Positions 30,332 through 32,000 of a stretch of DNA of 32,000 nt are shown here, piece by piece. Numbering within the stretch: the stretch's first letter is position 1; the number at the start of each line of letters is the position of its first letter. The position numbers and the translations under genes were made by a program. The notes below the pieces were generated by a model, which worked only from the letters and a program-made list of their open reading frames with translations, made no database searches and had not been told where the DNA came from. The DNA is taken from contig OZ007020.1 in the NCBI GenBank assembly GCA_963931495.1, positions 420,001 through 452,000 on the forward strand, written 5' to 3'. This DNA is from an uncultured Alphaproteobacteria bacterium (GTDB taxonomy: Bacteria; Pseudomonadota; Alphaproteobacteria; Rs-D84).

Positions 30332-32000
30332 ATGAAACTTGGATTTTTTTTAGCCACATTGTTTTTAATCCCTGGAATTGTTAACGCCGCAGATCGCACG
30401 TCGGCCAGTTCGGTGCGTGTTGGTGCCAATCGGGCGTCCCAGGTTGGCGCGCGAATGCCGACAATGACGGCCAATGTCGGTGGCGGTACAGTTGAACAGT
30501 CGGCTGTGTTGACGGTGAATCCACTGACCCCCAGTCCAAGTGTTGTGGAATCTGAATCTGATGATGGGGCGGATGATTCTTCGTCGGGGGGCGCGGATAC
30601 AGAAATCGTTGCAAACAGCCAGTCGTGTCGTGATGCATATCGGGCGTGTATGGATGAATTTTGTTTGCTGGATGAATCCGAGGGGAATCGTTGTGCGTGT
30701 TCTGCAAATATAAACCAGGCAAAACCACTTATCCAAGAAATACAAGAAATTCAAGAAGAAGCAGATTTGCTGTATACCGAAGGGGTTGAACGTGAACAAC
30801 TGGGGGGCCAGGCGCGGTTGGTATTCGGTGAAAGCGAAGCGGCACAAAAAAGTTCGCGCGTGTCGGGCATCAGCTTTGCAGATCGGATAAATATGGGGAC
30901 AGAACAAGAAGATGCCGGTTTGGGCGCAGATTATGATATTGGTGAAGGGCTGTATATGATGGCGGCAGAATTCTGTGCAGACAAATTGGCGGCCTGTGGT
31001 GATGATGCCCAGATGGAAGAAATATTGTATTCACGTTTAATTGTTCAAGATTGTAAAAATTATGAATCTTATTTGAATGACCAAAAATCTATTGCGGAAT
31101 CAAATAAACGCACAGCCGAAGCGGCCGTGCGCCAGGCGCGTTTAGATATGCTGGATACAACAAACAAGTATAATCGCGGCGAATGTTTATTGGCGTATCG
31201 TTCTTGTATCGCGGACAAGGGTGGCTGCGGCGTTAATTTTGAAAACTGTTTGGATGCAGATTTGCTGCAACGCCGTGCAAATGCGTGTGAAAATGTTTTG
31301 GATCAATGCATGGCTGTGCGTGAATACGTCTTGCAGGACTGGGAAGCCGAAGCGGTTTCTATACTGGCGGATGCGGAAAAATATGCTGATCGGTATGCAC
31401 GTCAAACGTGCTTGTCACGGATACAGTTGTGTTTGGAAGACGGCTGTTCAACCAGTACGAATTCAGCATGTTTAACAGATGTTAATGTTGCCGCCGGTGT
31501 TTGCCCGGTTATTGATGAATGTGAAGCGATGATACCTGGTATCAAGGCGGTTGTTAATGACAAGTTGGGTTATCTGCGTACACAATTCTGTCAAAATGAT
31601 GTTGACCAATGTTTGCGTGACCGCTGTGGCGAAAACTTTACTGCGCCGGAATGTGTCGGAAAAAGTGCGCGTGAAATTGCCGAACTGTGTCCCCAGGATA
31701 TGTTCCCGTCATGTAATAATGAAACGCAATTTGATATCATTGTGAATGCGGCATTGTTGCAAATGGATTACCAGATGTTACAAGGCTGTTTGAATTATTT
31801 CAGTCAACAGTTGGGTGCGGTTTGCGGGACAGATATGTCGTGTCTGCCGACAGATACGTTGGTGACGTCGTTGACAGAAATTCCAGATAACCAGGAAGAT
31901 TTGGCCGCATTGCGTGAAACGTTGCGTGAAAATACAGAATTGTCGGTGGACGAATTCTTTGAACAGTTTGAACAGGATAAAACCGTGGCGGCGTGCCAAA
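30332..32000 (+). CDS. Cysteine-rich exported protein, family member G (3' end outside the window)
   Basis: This ORF is not in the supplied track because it has no stop in the window. I translated it by hand from the ATG at 30332, and the frame stays open for 556 codons to the window end. Signal peptide MKLGFFLATLFLIPGIVNA. ARMPTM box at 30449-30466. Knot CRDAYRACMDEFCLLDESEGNRCACS at 30626-30700. Modules CLLAYRSCIADKGGCGVNFENC (31184-31249) and CQNDVDQCLRDRCGENFTAPEC (31589-31654). At least 30 Cys. Confidence 0.88.
   Translation, partial: MKLGFFLATLFLIPGIVNAADRTSASSVRVGANRASQVGARMPTMTANVGGGTVEQSAVLTVNPLTPSPSVVESESDDGADDSSSGGADTEIVANSQSCRDAYRACMDEFCLLDESEGNRCACSANINQAKPLIQEIQEIQEEADLLYTEGVEREQLGGQARLVFGESEAAQKSSRVSGISFADRINMGTEQEDAGLGADYDIGEGLYMMAAEFCADKLAACGDDAQMEEILYSRLIVQDCKNYESYLNDQKSIAESNKRTAEAAVRQARLDMLDTTNKYNRGECLLAYRSCIADKGGCGVNFENCLDADLLQRRANACENVLDQCMAVREYVLQDWEAEAVSILADAEKYADRYARQTCLSRIQLCLEDGCSTSTNSACLTDVNVAAGVCPVIDECEAMIPGIKAVVNDKLGYLRTQFCQNDVDQCLRDRCGENFTAPECVGKSAREIAELCPQDMFPSCNNETQFDIIVNAALLQMDYQMLQGCLNYFSQQLGAVCGTDMSCLPTDTLVTSLTEIPDNQEDLAALRETLRENTELSVDEFFEQFEQDKTVAACQ

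Noticed and set aside
1-32000. Possibility that a diversity-generating retroelement or cassette-based antigenic-variation system drives the family.
   Set aside because: There is no reverse transcriptase and no template/variable repeat pair. Apart from the 20-nt ARMPTM patch, I found no extended DNA-level identity between paralogs, and I found no invertase or recombinase gene.

Overview
This is a 32-kb chromosomal window from a diderm (Gram-negative-type) bacterium that I cannot assign to a species. Coding regions have moderate GC and the intergenic regions are AT-rich. I call about 20 protein genes and one tRNA. Recognisable core genes are a PpiD/SurA-N-like chaperone, tpiA, grpE, a DUF1015 protein, a signal-peptide-bearing choloylglycine-hydrolase-family (Ntn) amidase, tRNA-Gln(CUG), a polysaccharide pyruvyl transferase and infA. 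The dominant content is a set of 7-8 paralogous, modular, very cysteine-rich secreted proteins. I label them A-H: <1-2291, 3483-5504, 5951-8803, 8810-10177, 10187-11053, 27307-29820, 30332->32000, and possibly 26504-27235. Together they fill about 42-45% of the window. They share short multi-Cys modules, glycine-zipper-like hydrophobic segments and an Arg/Ser/Thr-rich N-terminal region. One of them ends in an OmpA-like peptidoglycan-binding domain. Three of them form a tightly packed operon. Two large autotransporters are also present: a chlamydial-Pmp-type GGAI/FxxN repeat protein, and an ankyrin plus degenerate subtilase-like protein. About two thirds of the window therefore encodes exported envelope proteins. 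I saw no rRNA, CRISPR array, transposase, integrase or phage genes. Most convergent gene pairs are separated by clear, often bidirectional, intrinsic terminators. Several near-consensus sigma70-type promoters are visible. All calls come from reading the sequence and ORF translations by eye. No database search was run, so family names rest on motif recognition.
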